From: Thermoproteota archaeon | Lineage (GTDB): Archaea > Korarchaeota > Korarchaeia > Korarchaeales > Korarchaeaceae | DNA length: 44,525 nucleotides | Direction of reading: 5' to 3' | NCBI GenBank assembly: GCA_015522685.1 | Contig: WALU01000026.1 | Span: 1-44,525, forward strand | In this document: positions 1-8,746 of the stretch, in pieces | Position numbering within the stretch: the first letter of the stretch is position 1 | Layout of the letters: each line of letters opens with the position of its first letter | The notes under the pieces: generated by a model | Database searches by the model: none | What the model saw: the letters and a program-made list of their open reading frames with translations, nothing else | Told to the model about the DNA's origin: nothing | Program-made: the position numbers and the translations under genes

Positions 1-1
1 A

Positions 2-658
2 GTTGAGGCTGTATGGCGCACTGCCCACAAGGCAGGGTTTGGAAGATATCTAGCTTTAGGATCAAAGAGATTAGCTGAGATGTATGGCCATCCAGAACTC
101 TCAATGAGTGTTAAAGGTCTTGAGATGCCTGCATACGATCCAAGAGGAGCTAAAGGAATAGGATTAGAGTACGCCACCGCTAACAGAGGAGGATGCCATG
201 TAACTGGATATACTATATCTCCAGAGATCTTGGGTGTACCTGAGAAGATAGATCCTCTAACTCCTGAGGGTAAGGCAAAATGGGTCAAGCTCTTCCAAGA
301 CTTCACAGATGTAATCAATTCGACGGTCAACTGTCTCTTCACAACATTCGCTATAGGACTACCAGAATTCTCAGAACTTCTTTCAGCTGTTACTGGATGG
401 AATTTAACAGAGGACGAGCTTCTTAAAATTGGAGAGCGTACATATAATCTGGAAAGGGTCATACTAAATAGATATGGCTTCACTGGAAGGGACGACATCC
501 TTCCGAAGCGCCTGCTGGAAGAGCCTATGCCTGAAGGTACAGCTAAGGGACAGGTAGTTGAGCTGGACAAGATGAAGAAGGAATATTATGAGCTCAGAGG
601 ATGGGCTGATGGATCTCCCACTCCAGAAAAGTTGAGAGAGCTTGACATAACTCTCTAA
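2..658 (+). CDS. aor: Tungsten-containing aldehyde:ferredoxin oxidoreductase, C-terminal part (truncated by window edge)
   Basis: The frame is open from position 2. It carries the AOR motifs VKGLEMPAYDPRG, YATANRGGCH, C-x-F, GERTYNLER, DDILPKR and EYYELRGW. Confidence 0.93.
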   Translation, partial: VEAVWRTAHKAGFGRYLALGSKRLAEMYGHPELSMSVKGLEMPAYDPRGAKGIGLEYATANRGGCHVTGYTISPEILGVPEKIDPLTPEGKAKWVKLFQDFTDVINSTVNCLFTTFAIGLPEFSELLSAVTGWNLTEDELLKIGERTYNLERVILNRYGFTGRDDILPKRLLEEPMPEGTAKGQVVELDKMKKEYYELRGWADGSPTPEKLRELDITL

Positions 659-680
659 GCTTTTTTCCTTTTAAAAAAAA
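659..680 (+). terminator. Possible oligo-T archaeal terminator after aor
   Basis: gcttttttccttttaaaaaaaa directly follows the aor stop codon. Confidence 0.4.
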
Positions 681-724
681 GAAATAATTATATTAGCTCC
701 CAGATGTCTTGAAGGGGGTTTATT

Positions 725-2002
725 TTGGAGTACCCCGAAATAGTCCAAATAGAAGTAACTAACAAGTGCAATTTCAACTGCATTATGTGCATAAGACATG
801 TATGGCAGACGGGCCTTATGGATATGGATCCGGCTCTGTTTTCCAAGATAGGGAGAGAGGTATTTCCACATCTGAGGAGGCTCGACCTCTACGGGCAAGG
901 AGAACCATTCATGCATCCTAATCTCTTAGATCTAATAAAGATAGCTAGGGAATACCTACCTAGAGAAGGGAAGATCTTAATGAATACCAATGGCTCTCTT
1001 CTCATCCCTAAAGTGGCTGAAAAGCTAGTTAAGATTATAGGGAGAGCTATATTGGCTTTTTCAGTTGATACTGCTGATGCTAGAAAACTGGAGCAGATGA
1101 GGCTTGGCGCTCCATCCAGGAGGATCTTTGAGAACTTCAGATATCTAGTGAACCATGGAGAGGGAACTAGCATAGGTGTTGAAGCTGTGGTGACGAAGGG
1201 AAATTACATGGATCTACCTGAACTCGTTAAAAAAGTAGGAGAAGAAGGAGGCGATTTCATCTTGGTATCTCACGTCGTACCTTACACTAAGGCCATATTT
1301 GATAGCTCAGTTTATATCCCCGTCTCTCAAGAATCACTTAAGATCATGGAAAGGGCATTAGGTTACGACTGGAATCTCATAAGAGAAGCGAACTATGAAC
1401 TCTTGGCTCAGACTTACACTGGCAGGAGCATTGATAAGACAGCTTCGGAATTCCATAGAGGACTATGGAAGAAAGCAATGGATAAGGGCTATTGGATAAA
1501 TCTCCCGATGCTCTTCGAGAGTAAGGAAAGGTTAGCCATTTTAGAGGAGGTCAAGAGATATTTCAAGAAAGCTGAGGTAATAGCTCATGAATATGGTGTA
1601 GAGATAGATCTTCCACCGCTCTTCCCAGATGCCAAGAGGAGGCATTGTCCCTATGTTGACAAGAAAGCTCTTTTCATAAGATCGGATGGTAAGGTAACTC
1701 CTTGTATGGACTTCGCCTATTCTCATCCGATGTATGTCAATACGCACCTGAAGGTAATCAAAGAGGTGATAATGGGAGATCTAAGGAGAGAGGGCCTGCT
1801 GGATATATGGAACAGTGAGAGGTACAGGAACTTCAGGAAAATGAGAGAAGATATGCCTGCTAATATACCTTGGTGTGGTGATTGCCCATATTCCACACTA
1901 GGCTGCTTTTATACGGAAAATAATGATATAGACTGCTATGGAAATGAGCCTAACTGTGCCGAATGCTTGTACAGCGTAGATATTGCTAGATGTAATATAT
2001 AG
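725..2002 (+). CDS. Radical SAM/SPASM protein, probable tungsten-cofactor oxidoreductase maturase
   Basis: CNFNCIMC (CxxxCxxC), GQGEPF, and a SPASM Cys cluster (CPY...PC...CGDC..C..C..CAEC..C). It sits directly downstream of aor. Confidence 0.85.
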   Translation: MEYPEIVQIEVTNKCNFNCIMCIRHVWQTGLMDMDPALFSKIGREVFPHLRRLDLYGQGEPFMHPNLLDLIKIAREYLPREGKILMNTNGSLLIPKVAEKLVKIIGRAILAFSVDTADARKLEQMRLGAPSRRIFENFRYLVNHGEGTSIGVEAVVTKGNYMDLPELVKKVGEEGGDFILVSHVVPYTKAIFDSSVYIPVSQESLKIMERALGYDWNLIREANYELLAQTYTGRSIDKTASEFHRGLWKKAMDKGYWINLPMLFESKERLAILEEVKRYFKKAEVIAHEYGVEIDLPPLFPDAKRRHCPYVDKKALFIRSDGKVTPCMDFAYSHPMYVNTHLKVIKEVIMGDLRREGLLDIWNSERYRNFRKMREDMPANIPWCGDCPYSTLGCFYTENNDIDCYGNEPNCAECLYSVDIARCNI

Positions 2003-2079
2003 TGCAATGATAAGTGCTTGGAAGAATAAAGCTCTATGAAGAGATAAGAGGCACCAAGAATAGGTAAAGAAGAAAAAAT

Positions 2080-3618
2080 CTACGATTTTATCTTATTTAT
2101 TGAATCTTCTAAAGCCTTAAGCGATGCCTCTAATATATCTGGGCTCGTTCCACTGGCCTCCACTTCTCCCTTAGGCCCAAGAACTCTTATTAGAACCTCA
2201 CCTACTGCATCCGTACCTAATGATATGGCTCTGAGCCTGAACTTCCTGAGCTTGAAATCGGGTACTCCTTCCAGAGATCTTATCGTGTTGGCAAGGGCAT
2301 CTACAGGCCCAACTCCGAATGATGCCGCCCTTGTCTCCTTATCATCCATTCTCGCTTTAACTTGAGCGGTGGAAGTTATTCCAGAGCCAGTAACAACCAT
2401 CCATTCCTTCACCTCAAACCACTTACGCTTGCTCACTCCAAGTACCTCCTCAACTATTGATCTGAAGACTCCGTCAGTTATCCTTACTCCTTTATCCGCC
2501 AGTTTCTTCACTTCGGCCAATATCTCCTCAACCTTACTCTCCTCAACTGGGTATCCCATGTCCTTCAGAGATTCTATGACAGCAGTCCTCCCCGATAGCT
2601 TTCCCACCAAGAAGCGTCTCTTTCGACCGACTTTCTCAGGAGGTATGAGTTCATACGTAGCCGGATCTATGGAAATAGCATGGACATGTACCCCAGCTTC
2701 ATATGTATAGGTCAGCGGCCCAACTATGGGAGCCATCTCATATATTGGTAGACCACTATGCCTCTCAACGAGCTCGCTAACTTCAGGCAGGAGGCTTAAC
2801 TGTATATTAGATTCGACGTGGAGAAGTTCTTTCAATGCCACTGCTACCTGCTCTAGCGGTGCCATACCAGCCTTGGGACCTAGACCATTAACTGAGACGT
2901 GAACCTGATCTGCTCCAGCCATCACGGCTGCTATGGAGTTAGCTACTGACATACCCAAGTCGTTGTAGAATGCAGTGCTCACAGGCTTGGTTAAATGAGA
3001 TTTTGCCTCCCTTGTCATCCTAGCAGCTCCTTCTGGTGTGAGTATCCCTACAGTATCTGTAAGGTTTATTCTATCAGCTCCAGCCTCTTCGGCTTTCTTA
3101 CAGATCTCCCAGAGGAAATCAGGTTCGGATCTGCTTGCATCTTCGGCTGAGAACTCTACCATCGCCCCATTGGATTTGGCGAGGGATATGGAATCAGTTA
3201 GCTGCTCTATGGCCTCCTCCTTAGAGAGACGAAGCCTCTTCTCCAAATGGAGTTTGCTAGTCGGCATGAATATATGGACACAGTCCACCTCTCCTTCCAA
3301 AGCTAGCTCTATATCTAACTTCTTGGCTCTAGCCAGAGCACATATCTCAGCAGAGAAGCCAGCTCTCGATATTCTCTTCACTGCTCTTACAATATCAGAT
3401 ACTGCTTTCCTTTCACCCTCCGAAGCTGCAGGAAATCCAGCTTCTATGACATCTACTCCTAGAGCATCCAAATTCATAGCTATCTCTACCTTAGCCTCAG
3501 TAGAGAAGGAGATACCTGGAACTAACTCCCCCTGACTGAGGGTAGAATCAAATATCCTCACTCTTCGGGGAGCTTCTGGAACAGGATTAAATAAACTCAT
3601 AGGGCTATGACCAGTCAT
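2080..3618 (-). CDS. 2-isopropylmalate/citramalate synthase (LeuA/CimA) family protein with degenerate active site and intact C-terminal allosteric domain
   Basis: DRE-TIM scaffold motifs IEAGFPAAS, EFSAEDASR, DTVG and GKLSGR are present, as are the regulatory-domain motifs GVGPVDAL and DILEASLKA. However, RDGEQ is SQGEL, HxHND is AFYND and GERAGN is GPKAGM. An alternative start is ATG at 3600. Confidence 0.85.
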   Translation of the reverse strand: MTGHSPMSLFNPVPEAPRRVRIFDSTLSQGELVPGISFSTEAKVEIAMNLDALGVDVIEAGFPAASEGERKAVSDIVRAVKRISRAGFSAEICALARAKKLDIELALEGEVDCVHIFMPTSKLHLEKRLRLSKEEAIEQLTDSISLAKSNGAMVEFSAEDASRSEPDFLWEICKKAEEAGADRINLTDTVGILTPEGAARMTREAKSHLTKPVSTAFYNDLGMSVANSIAAVMAGADQVHVSVNGLGPKAGMAPLEQVAVALKELLHVESNIQLSLLPEVSELVERHSGLPIYEMAPIVGPLTYTYEAGVHVHAISIDPATYELIPPEKVGRKRRFLVGKLSGRTAVIESLKDMGYPVEESKVEEILAEVKKLADKGVRITDGVFRSIVEEVLGVSKRKWFEVKEWMVVTGSGITSTAQVKARMDDKETRAASFGVGPVDALANTIRSLEGVPDFKLRKFRLRAISLGTDAVGEVLIRVLGPKGEVEASGTSPDILEASLKALEDSINKIKS

Positions 3619-3647
3619 TTCTATAAAAAGACGGCCGCTAAAAATTT

Positions 3648-6206
3648 TTACATTTTTGCCCAGGCATCTTCCGGTCTGCTAGATGCCTTCATAGGTAAAC
3701 TGATAACTTCCATCTCTACTTGAACTGGGAAGGGTATAGGACTAGCCATTCCCCATATAAGGGCCTCGTGATTCGATAGCATTGCTAAATAGTTTGATAG
3801 ATCTTCTACTTCAGTATATCTGAGTATAGCATCTTGATCATTGCCATTCCTGAGCCTGAAAGCCGCTATTGTATTGGCCTGGCTTATCACACTCTTGCTC
3901 ACGTAGGCGGGCCTCTGAGTCACTATTATGAACCCTAGATTGTAACCACCTGCCTGACTTATTGCTTCTATTATTGCCTGAGCAGCTCCAGCCTCGTAGG
4001 GATCACCGACTATGTTGTAGCCTCTCTCAGGTACTAAGTACTGAGCTTCCTCCACCACGATTATCAGAGCAAAATCGCCTTGCTGCTTCCTAGATACGGC
4101 ATAGCTAGTAAGCCTCCTGATAATATCTCTAGCAGCGTAAAATTGATCATCATATCTCGTATCTGTGGAAAAATCCACTATAACAAGAGGATTCTTCCTC
4201 ACCTCATCTATTACATCGAGGCCCTTTCCCCTAGCAATGAATCCCTTAAATTCCCTCCTTAGCCTTGCATCGATCTCCGCCACTAGTGAGCTTCTTATCT
4301 TCATTTCTCGAGCTACTTGCCTTAAACTTCTTCTCAGATCATCTAGGTCTGGTTCTTCTCCTTCAGCCATGGATTCTTTAGCTGCCTCAAGTATGAGCCT
4401 ATAGGAGATGGTACCCTGCCTATATCCAAGCTTTCTCGCTATGTCTCTCGGCCTGAGGAGACCATGCTTTGGGAGAAAAGCAGAATAATCATAAGTAATG
4501 CCTCCTTTCTTGGCAAGACCGGAGTACTCTCCTCTCCTATCAAGTATGAGGAACCTTGGCTTCGGATTATGATATGATGATTTAGCTATTAGACTTGAGA
4601 CAAAGCTGCTGTTATGCACAAAAATTCCATTTGCGAGGAAATTCTGGGTTCCAGATACTTCCAAGTCGTACACAAACTCCTCTGCAGTATATACCTTTCT
4701 TATGCTGATTATCCTCTCTAAATCTACCTTTCCCCTCTGTATTACACCTTTTATGGGTGTTCTTCTTTTTACTATACTTATCGCCGATTGGGGTCCATCG
4801 CTAGCCTTAGTATAATACTCAGGAACCTCAAGTTTGCTCTTCAGCTCAGAAGCCGTGAAGGATTCAAGCCTAAGGCCTTTGTTGCAATGTCTAAGAACTG
4901 TAACCCCTAAAAGAGACATTACCATCGATAGCTCTCTCAGGCGTTTTCCTTCCTCCATAACAAAGATGAAGGAGTTATCATTGGCTATGAGAGGAAGTTG
5001 CTTGCGATTGAGGTACTCTCTAAGAGCCCTGAAGCGAGGAAACATGTCCGTTCCAGTAAAATGCCTATGATATGAAGGAAGATTCATTATCGAGACAAGC
5101 CCGTATGCTATGGCATCCATGAGTAGCTCCGATCTTACGATTGCTGCTTTGTATCCATAGAAGTTGCAATCAACTCCAGCTTCAAGGCAAGCCATTTTGA
5201 CATCTGCTGGACTGCTGTCCATTATTACAACCCCCCTTCCCTCATAGTCGGGTATGCCTGAAGCCAATGCTATACCTATCAGCCTATCCATGTAAGGGAA
5301 ATCGGATCTGGGTTCTGGCAAGTCAATACCCCTAAGCGAGATTAGATATCTGCTCTTCATTGCCATTAATGTCTTAGGAGTAACTGAGATTGCATGTATT
5401 CCATCCGGAGTAACAAGAAGGCTATGATCTTCTGTTACCCTTATTTTCTTCCCCGTAGCCGTCTCTATCTCATATATGTTCTTATCATTCATATGCCTGA
5501 GGGCTCCAGTAACCCTGCCCCAGCTCGGGACCATCCCCGATCTCAGTGTTGGTGTGTAGTACTCCCATCCCCTGAGATCAACTATCCCTCTCTTAACCTG
5601 CCTTGGAAGTAGAGGATCAATAAAACTCTTTATTGGGCCTATATAATACTTCTTCTTTTCTTTATTCCATAGTACGATTATGGTATCACCGGTAATACTC
5701 TTTCCGCTCCTCGTCATTCCAGTGACAAACATGTGTCCCCTAGCTATGGAGGAGAGATCCATGTGAAAGGAAACTTCGGTTCCCTTGATCCTCCCCACCT
5801 TAACAGGGAGGCCCCAGCTCACCCTCATTCCAAGGAAAGACATCATATCCTGCTTAGTTGGCTTGCTGACAGGACTCAAAGTTGAAGGAGGTGATTCCAA
5901 CTCTCTAATTTTGCCAAATTCGGGATCTCTATATCCTAAGACTTCACATTCAACTATTATGTACTCTAACTCGCTGCTATAGTCGGATATGAGGCCTGAA
6001 CTGCTTGCTATAAGACCAGTCCTGCCTAGATCAACCTCCTCATTTATGGTCTGTATATCTCTTGCCCTCAAAAAGACAGGAACAGCCTTCCAGGGGTGAT
6101 CAACCAAATAGAAGTCCCCCAATGCCACCTTAGCTCCCTTGAGAGCCACGAAAAGCACTCTCCTCGGGGTTGTATGAGAGATTACATGGCCGATCACTTC
6201 CCTCAA
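3648..6206 (-). CDS. herA: HerA/FtsK-family ATPase (HAS barrel plus P-loop) interrupted by an intein; about 489 aa after splicing
   Basis: N-terminal HAS-like region, HMFVTGMTRSGK|S Walker A, ILDRRGEY, IIVVEEAQ Walker B and IVTQRP...SQANT. It overlaps the nurA stop by 4 bp. Confidence 0.88.
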   Translation of the reverse strand: MREVIGHVISHTTPRRVLFVALKGAKVALGDFYLVDHPWKAVPVFLRARDIQTINEEVDLGRTGLIASSSGLISDYSSELEYIIVECEVLGYRDPEFGKIRELESPPSTLSPVSKPTKQDMMSFLGMRVSWGLPVKVGRIKGTEVSFHMDLSSIARGHMFVTGMTRSGKSITGDTIIVLWNKEKKKYYIGPIKSFIDPLLPRQVKRGIVDLRGWEYYTPTLRSGMVPSWGRVTGALRHMNDKNIYEIETATGKKIRVTEDHSLLVTPDGIHAISVTPKTLMAMKSRYLISLRGIDLPEPRSDFPYMDRLIGIALASGIPDYEGRGVVIMDSSPADVKMACLEAGVDCNFYGYKAAIVRSELLMDAIAYGLVSIMNLPSYHRHFTGTDMFPRFRALREYLNRKQLPLIANDNSFIFVMEEGKRLRELSMVMSLLGVTVLRHCNKGLRLESFTASELKSKLEVPEYYTKASDGPQSAISIVKRRTPIKGVIQRGKVDLERIISIRKVYTAEEFVYDLEVSGTQNFLANGIFVHNSSFVSSLIAKSSYHNPKPRFLILDRRGEYSGLAKKGGITYDYSAFLPKHGLLRPRDIARKLGYRQGTISYRLILEAAKESMAEGEEPDLDDLRRSLRQVAREMKIRSSLVAEIDARLRREFKGFIARGKGLDVIDEVRKNPLVIVDFSTDTRYDDQFYAARDIIRRLTSYAVSRKQQGDFALIIVVEEAQYLVPERGYNIVGDPYEAGAAQAIIEAISQAGGYNLGFIIVTQRPAYVSKSVISQANTIAAFRLRNGNDQDAILRYTEVEDLSNYLAMLSNHEALIWGMASPIPFPVQVEMEVISLPMKASSRPEDAWAKM
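4611..5699 (-). mobile_element. Intein (363 aa, residues 170-532 of HerA) with degenerate LAGLIDADG-like central region
   Basis: Block A SITGDT follows the Walker A GK. Block B is RVTEDH, block F is VYDLEVSGTQNFLANG, and block G is FVHN followed by Ser+1. LIGIALASG resembles block C. Confidence 0.92.
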
Positions 6207-7270
6207 TCAGTTTCACCCCTCTGCAAGGAAAACATGGCAGTTCTATCCGAGGAACTGCCTAGCTTCGATGATATCTCATTGACCATGAGCCTGTAGACAA
6301 GGGTGGCTTGCTTATCTGTGAGCTTAGACAATCTATCTGCAGCTATCAATGGAATTGGAAGGCCTGAAGATGGTTCTGATAGCTTGTAGAGCATTCCTGC
6401 TATTCTCTCTGAATCATCCAGCGCATATTCAGGCAGATCCATTCTAAAAGGCTTTGATCCTCTCCTGATGAACATGGCCCAAGGTCTGTAGGCCCTAGCA
6501 TCCTTGAGCCATGTTAGTATGTCCTCCCATTTGGGAGATATAGGTATAGGGCCTAGAGCCTCCCCATCCCTCAGGATACTTGATGCCATGAGGGTGTCAG
6601 GTGTACCACTTAGACCCAGCCAAGAAGATATATAAGTACTTCTTATCCTCTTAACTATACCTAGAACAGTTTTTCCCGATGAATGGGCGTTAACCAGCAG
6701 CTCCCCTAGGGATCGCAAGGCTGCATCGTAAACCTCAAAGTAGGCCTGAGAATGGGCCCTTCCTCCAGGACCATAATAATTTCTCGGCAGGTAGAGAGGA
6801 CCATCCAATATGACAAGATCTGCCTCATCCAGTAGGATAGATGCTACATGGTACATGAGATAATAGCCTAGAAGAGAGGAAAACTTGGAGCCTTCTTCAT
6901 CATCGAAGTAGGACCTGGGAGGCTTTAATGCAGCCACGAGGGGGCTCCTAATTTTCTTAGGTCCCTTGAAGGTGGATCCTACAGCTAAGCTGATGGGTTG
7001 GTAGCCGAGAAATAGGTCCTTTCCATTAGATCCTGCATCTACTGCTGCTATTCTCACATTCTCAGATGCCTCATCACTGAGGGATATTATGGGAAGGACC
7101 TGCTTCAGCTTTGGAGATATGTTCTCAGTTTTCTTGATCATCTCTGCTAGATTATCGGCTAAATCAGAAGCTATACCCCTTAGAAGCTCATGATAGCTTT
7201 TATAGGAGGTTATTATAGGTTTAAGGCGTTTTTCAGCGAGGTCGTATTTTTTTATAGTACCCTTTTTCAT
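6203..7270 (-). CDS. nurA: NurA-family nuclease (RNase H-like fold)
   Basis: IAAVDAGS, VILDGPL, GIVKR, a PDT motif and C-terminal GLPIPLIAADRLSK. It is translationally coupled to herA. Confidence 0.85.
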   Translation of the reverse strand: MKKGTIKKYDLAEKRLKPIITSYKSYHELLRGIASDLADNLAEMIKKTENISPKLKQVLPIISLSDEASENVRIAAVDAGSNGKDLFLGYQPISLAVGSTFKGPKKIRSPLVAALKPPRSYFDDEEGSKFSSLLGYYLMYHVASILLDEADLVILDGPLYLPRNYYGPGGRAHSQAYFEVYDAALRSLGELLVNAHSSGKTVLGIVKRIRSTYISSWLGLSGTPDTLMASSILRDGEALGPIPISPKWEDILTWLKDARAYRPWAMFIRRGSKPFRMDLPEYALDDSERIAGMLYKLSEPSSGLPIPLIAADRLSKLTDKQATLVYRLMVNEISSKLGSSSDRTAMFSLQRGETD

Positions 7271-7354
7271 GATTAATCCATTACTTTTATAGTTTTTCTA
7301 AATTAAACATTATTGGTTATCATAAGCATATATGTCAGGTCGAAAAAGACTTTA

Positions 7355-7368
7355 TTTTGATATCAAAA
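7355..7368. promoter_or_regulatory. 14-bp perfect palindrome TTTTGATATCAAAA in the nurA/regulator divergent spacer
   Basis: Read directly. A related half-site, GATATCAAA, recurs at about 7397-7405. Confidence 0.5.
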
Positions 7369-7408
7369 GCATTCTAGAGAATAAAAGATAATAGAAGATA
7401 TCAAAGTA

Positions 7409-7445
7409 ATTTTGCTAAATCAAAAGAATTATAAATTAGCAAAAT
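7409..7445. promoter_or_regulatory. 10-bp inverted repeat (ATTTTGCTAA-N17-TTAGCAAAAT) bracketing a TTATAAA TATA-like box upstream of the regulator
   Basis: The arms are at 7409-7418 and 7436-7445, with TTATAAA at 7429-7435. Confidence 0.5.
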
Positions 7446-7454
7446 ACATTTTGA

Positions 7455-8306
7455 TTGATGATTGTGAAAGGAGGGAGCGAGAGCAGCAGGTCTCAGTTAG
7501 GAGCTATAGGAAGGCTCCTTGCTCAGAGAAGAGAAAAGATGCTTAATCTTAGTGATTCCAACTATTTTCTCGTTGCTCCAACATCTGCCGACTTTTCCCT
7601 CCTGGATAATCTTATTTCCTCTGATATTGGAAGAATTAGTGCTGCTGTATTTGTAGATGATGGGTTGGAGGATGAGGGGCTTAAGGCCTTTAGGAGGAAG
7701 ATCTCAATAGTGACCTCTAATATGATAACTGAAGTTAAGCTGGATGATCTAAGCCAGATGAGCTTGATATATGAGCTGTCTGAACTAGCTAAACTGAAGG
7801 AGAATGACTTAAAGGGACTCATTGTGTGCAATGGCTTTCTTTCTATACCCCTGTTCCATTTGGCTATGTACTTAGATGCTAGAGCTATCGAGCTAGGCGA
7901 GTCTGGTTATAGAGAACTCATAGCATATCCAACATGGAAATTGAATGGAATTTCTCTTGCTATCCTCTATGTAGTATGGAAGCTTGAAGAAGTCGTTGGA
8001 AGAGCTACTCCACAAGCTATAGTCAAGTGCATCAGGATGAAGAGCAAGATTAAGAGGAGAGGGGATGAGAGATCTAAGCTAGTGAGCTTGGATTATTACT
8101 TGAAGAAGTATCTCATGAAGGATGAACTTATCGTCAAGCGAAAAGATCCTAATAGTAAGAGAGGAGTTGTATATGAACTCACTCCTAAGGGAAGGAAGGT
8201 TGCTCAAATAGTCGGGGCCCACTTCACTGCCTCCGGCATGGACCTTAAGGATATAATAGACCTAGAGTCGTTGAACAGCATGGTAGAGGTCCCAGTGAAG
8301 AGCTGA
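7455..8306 (+). CDS. Transcriptional regulator with an N-terminal Rossmann/CARF-like domain (Csa3/DUF6293-like) and a C-terminal winged HTH
   Basis: The C-terminal wHTH wing reads ELIVKRKDPNSKRGVVYELTPKGRKVA. The N-terminal part alternates beta/alpha, starting at FLVAPTS. The CARF assignment is by pattern only and the start codon is uncertain. Confidence 0.6.
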   Translation: MMIVKGGSESSRSQLGAIGRLLAQRREKMLNLSDSNYFLVAPTSADFSLLDNLISSDIGRISAAVFVDDGLEDEGLKAFRRKISIVTSNMITEVKLDDLSQMSLIYELSELAKLKENDLKGLIVCNGFLSIPLFHLAMYLDARAIELGESGYRELIAYPTWKLNGISLAILYVVWKLEEVVGRATPQAIVKCIRMKSKIKRRGDERSKLVSLDYYLKKYLMKDELIVKRKDPNSKRGVVYELTPKGRKVAQIVGAHFTASGMDLKDIIDLESLNSMVEVPVKS

Positions 8307-8746
8307 TCTAGATAGGGAGACATCTATTGATAGATCAATAATTGAGTTGGCTATTCTAGAGTTTATAGCATTAATGAGTCCTTTTATAGCTAAAAAAGAG
8401 CATATCTTGCAGTGGCTAAGATAATCATAGGCATACCAATAGGGAGCGGGCTGGTTTTGGTTCTTCTCTTCTTGATGATGTATCTTTCATATAAGCTCGT
8501 AAACGAATATTCTTAAGCCCGATAATAGCTGCTGAGACTGGTCTCATAATGAGAACTATGACTATGAGTGGGTACGCCCTGATCTTCTCTAATGCCTTAC
8601 TCATTGGTAGCAACTTTGGGTGCTATCCTTCTAGCTAGGAGGTGGATAGGCGAGGTAAAATGAAGTAGAGTAGTTGACGTCTTAGTATATATCCTTTTAA
8701 TAATAAGGGTGGCGGAGTTCCTAGAAGATGTGGGAAGGGTGGGGGG

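Noticed and set aside
2-2002. aor plus radical SAM pair as a novel system
   Set aside because: This is an established association of tungsten AORs with their maturase.
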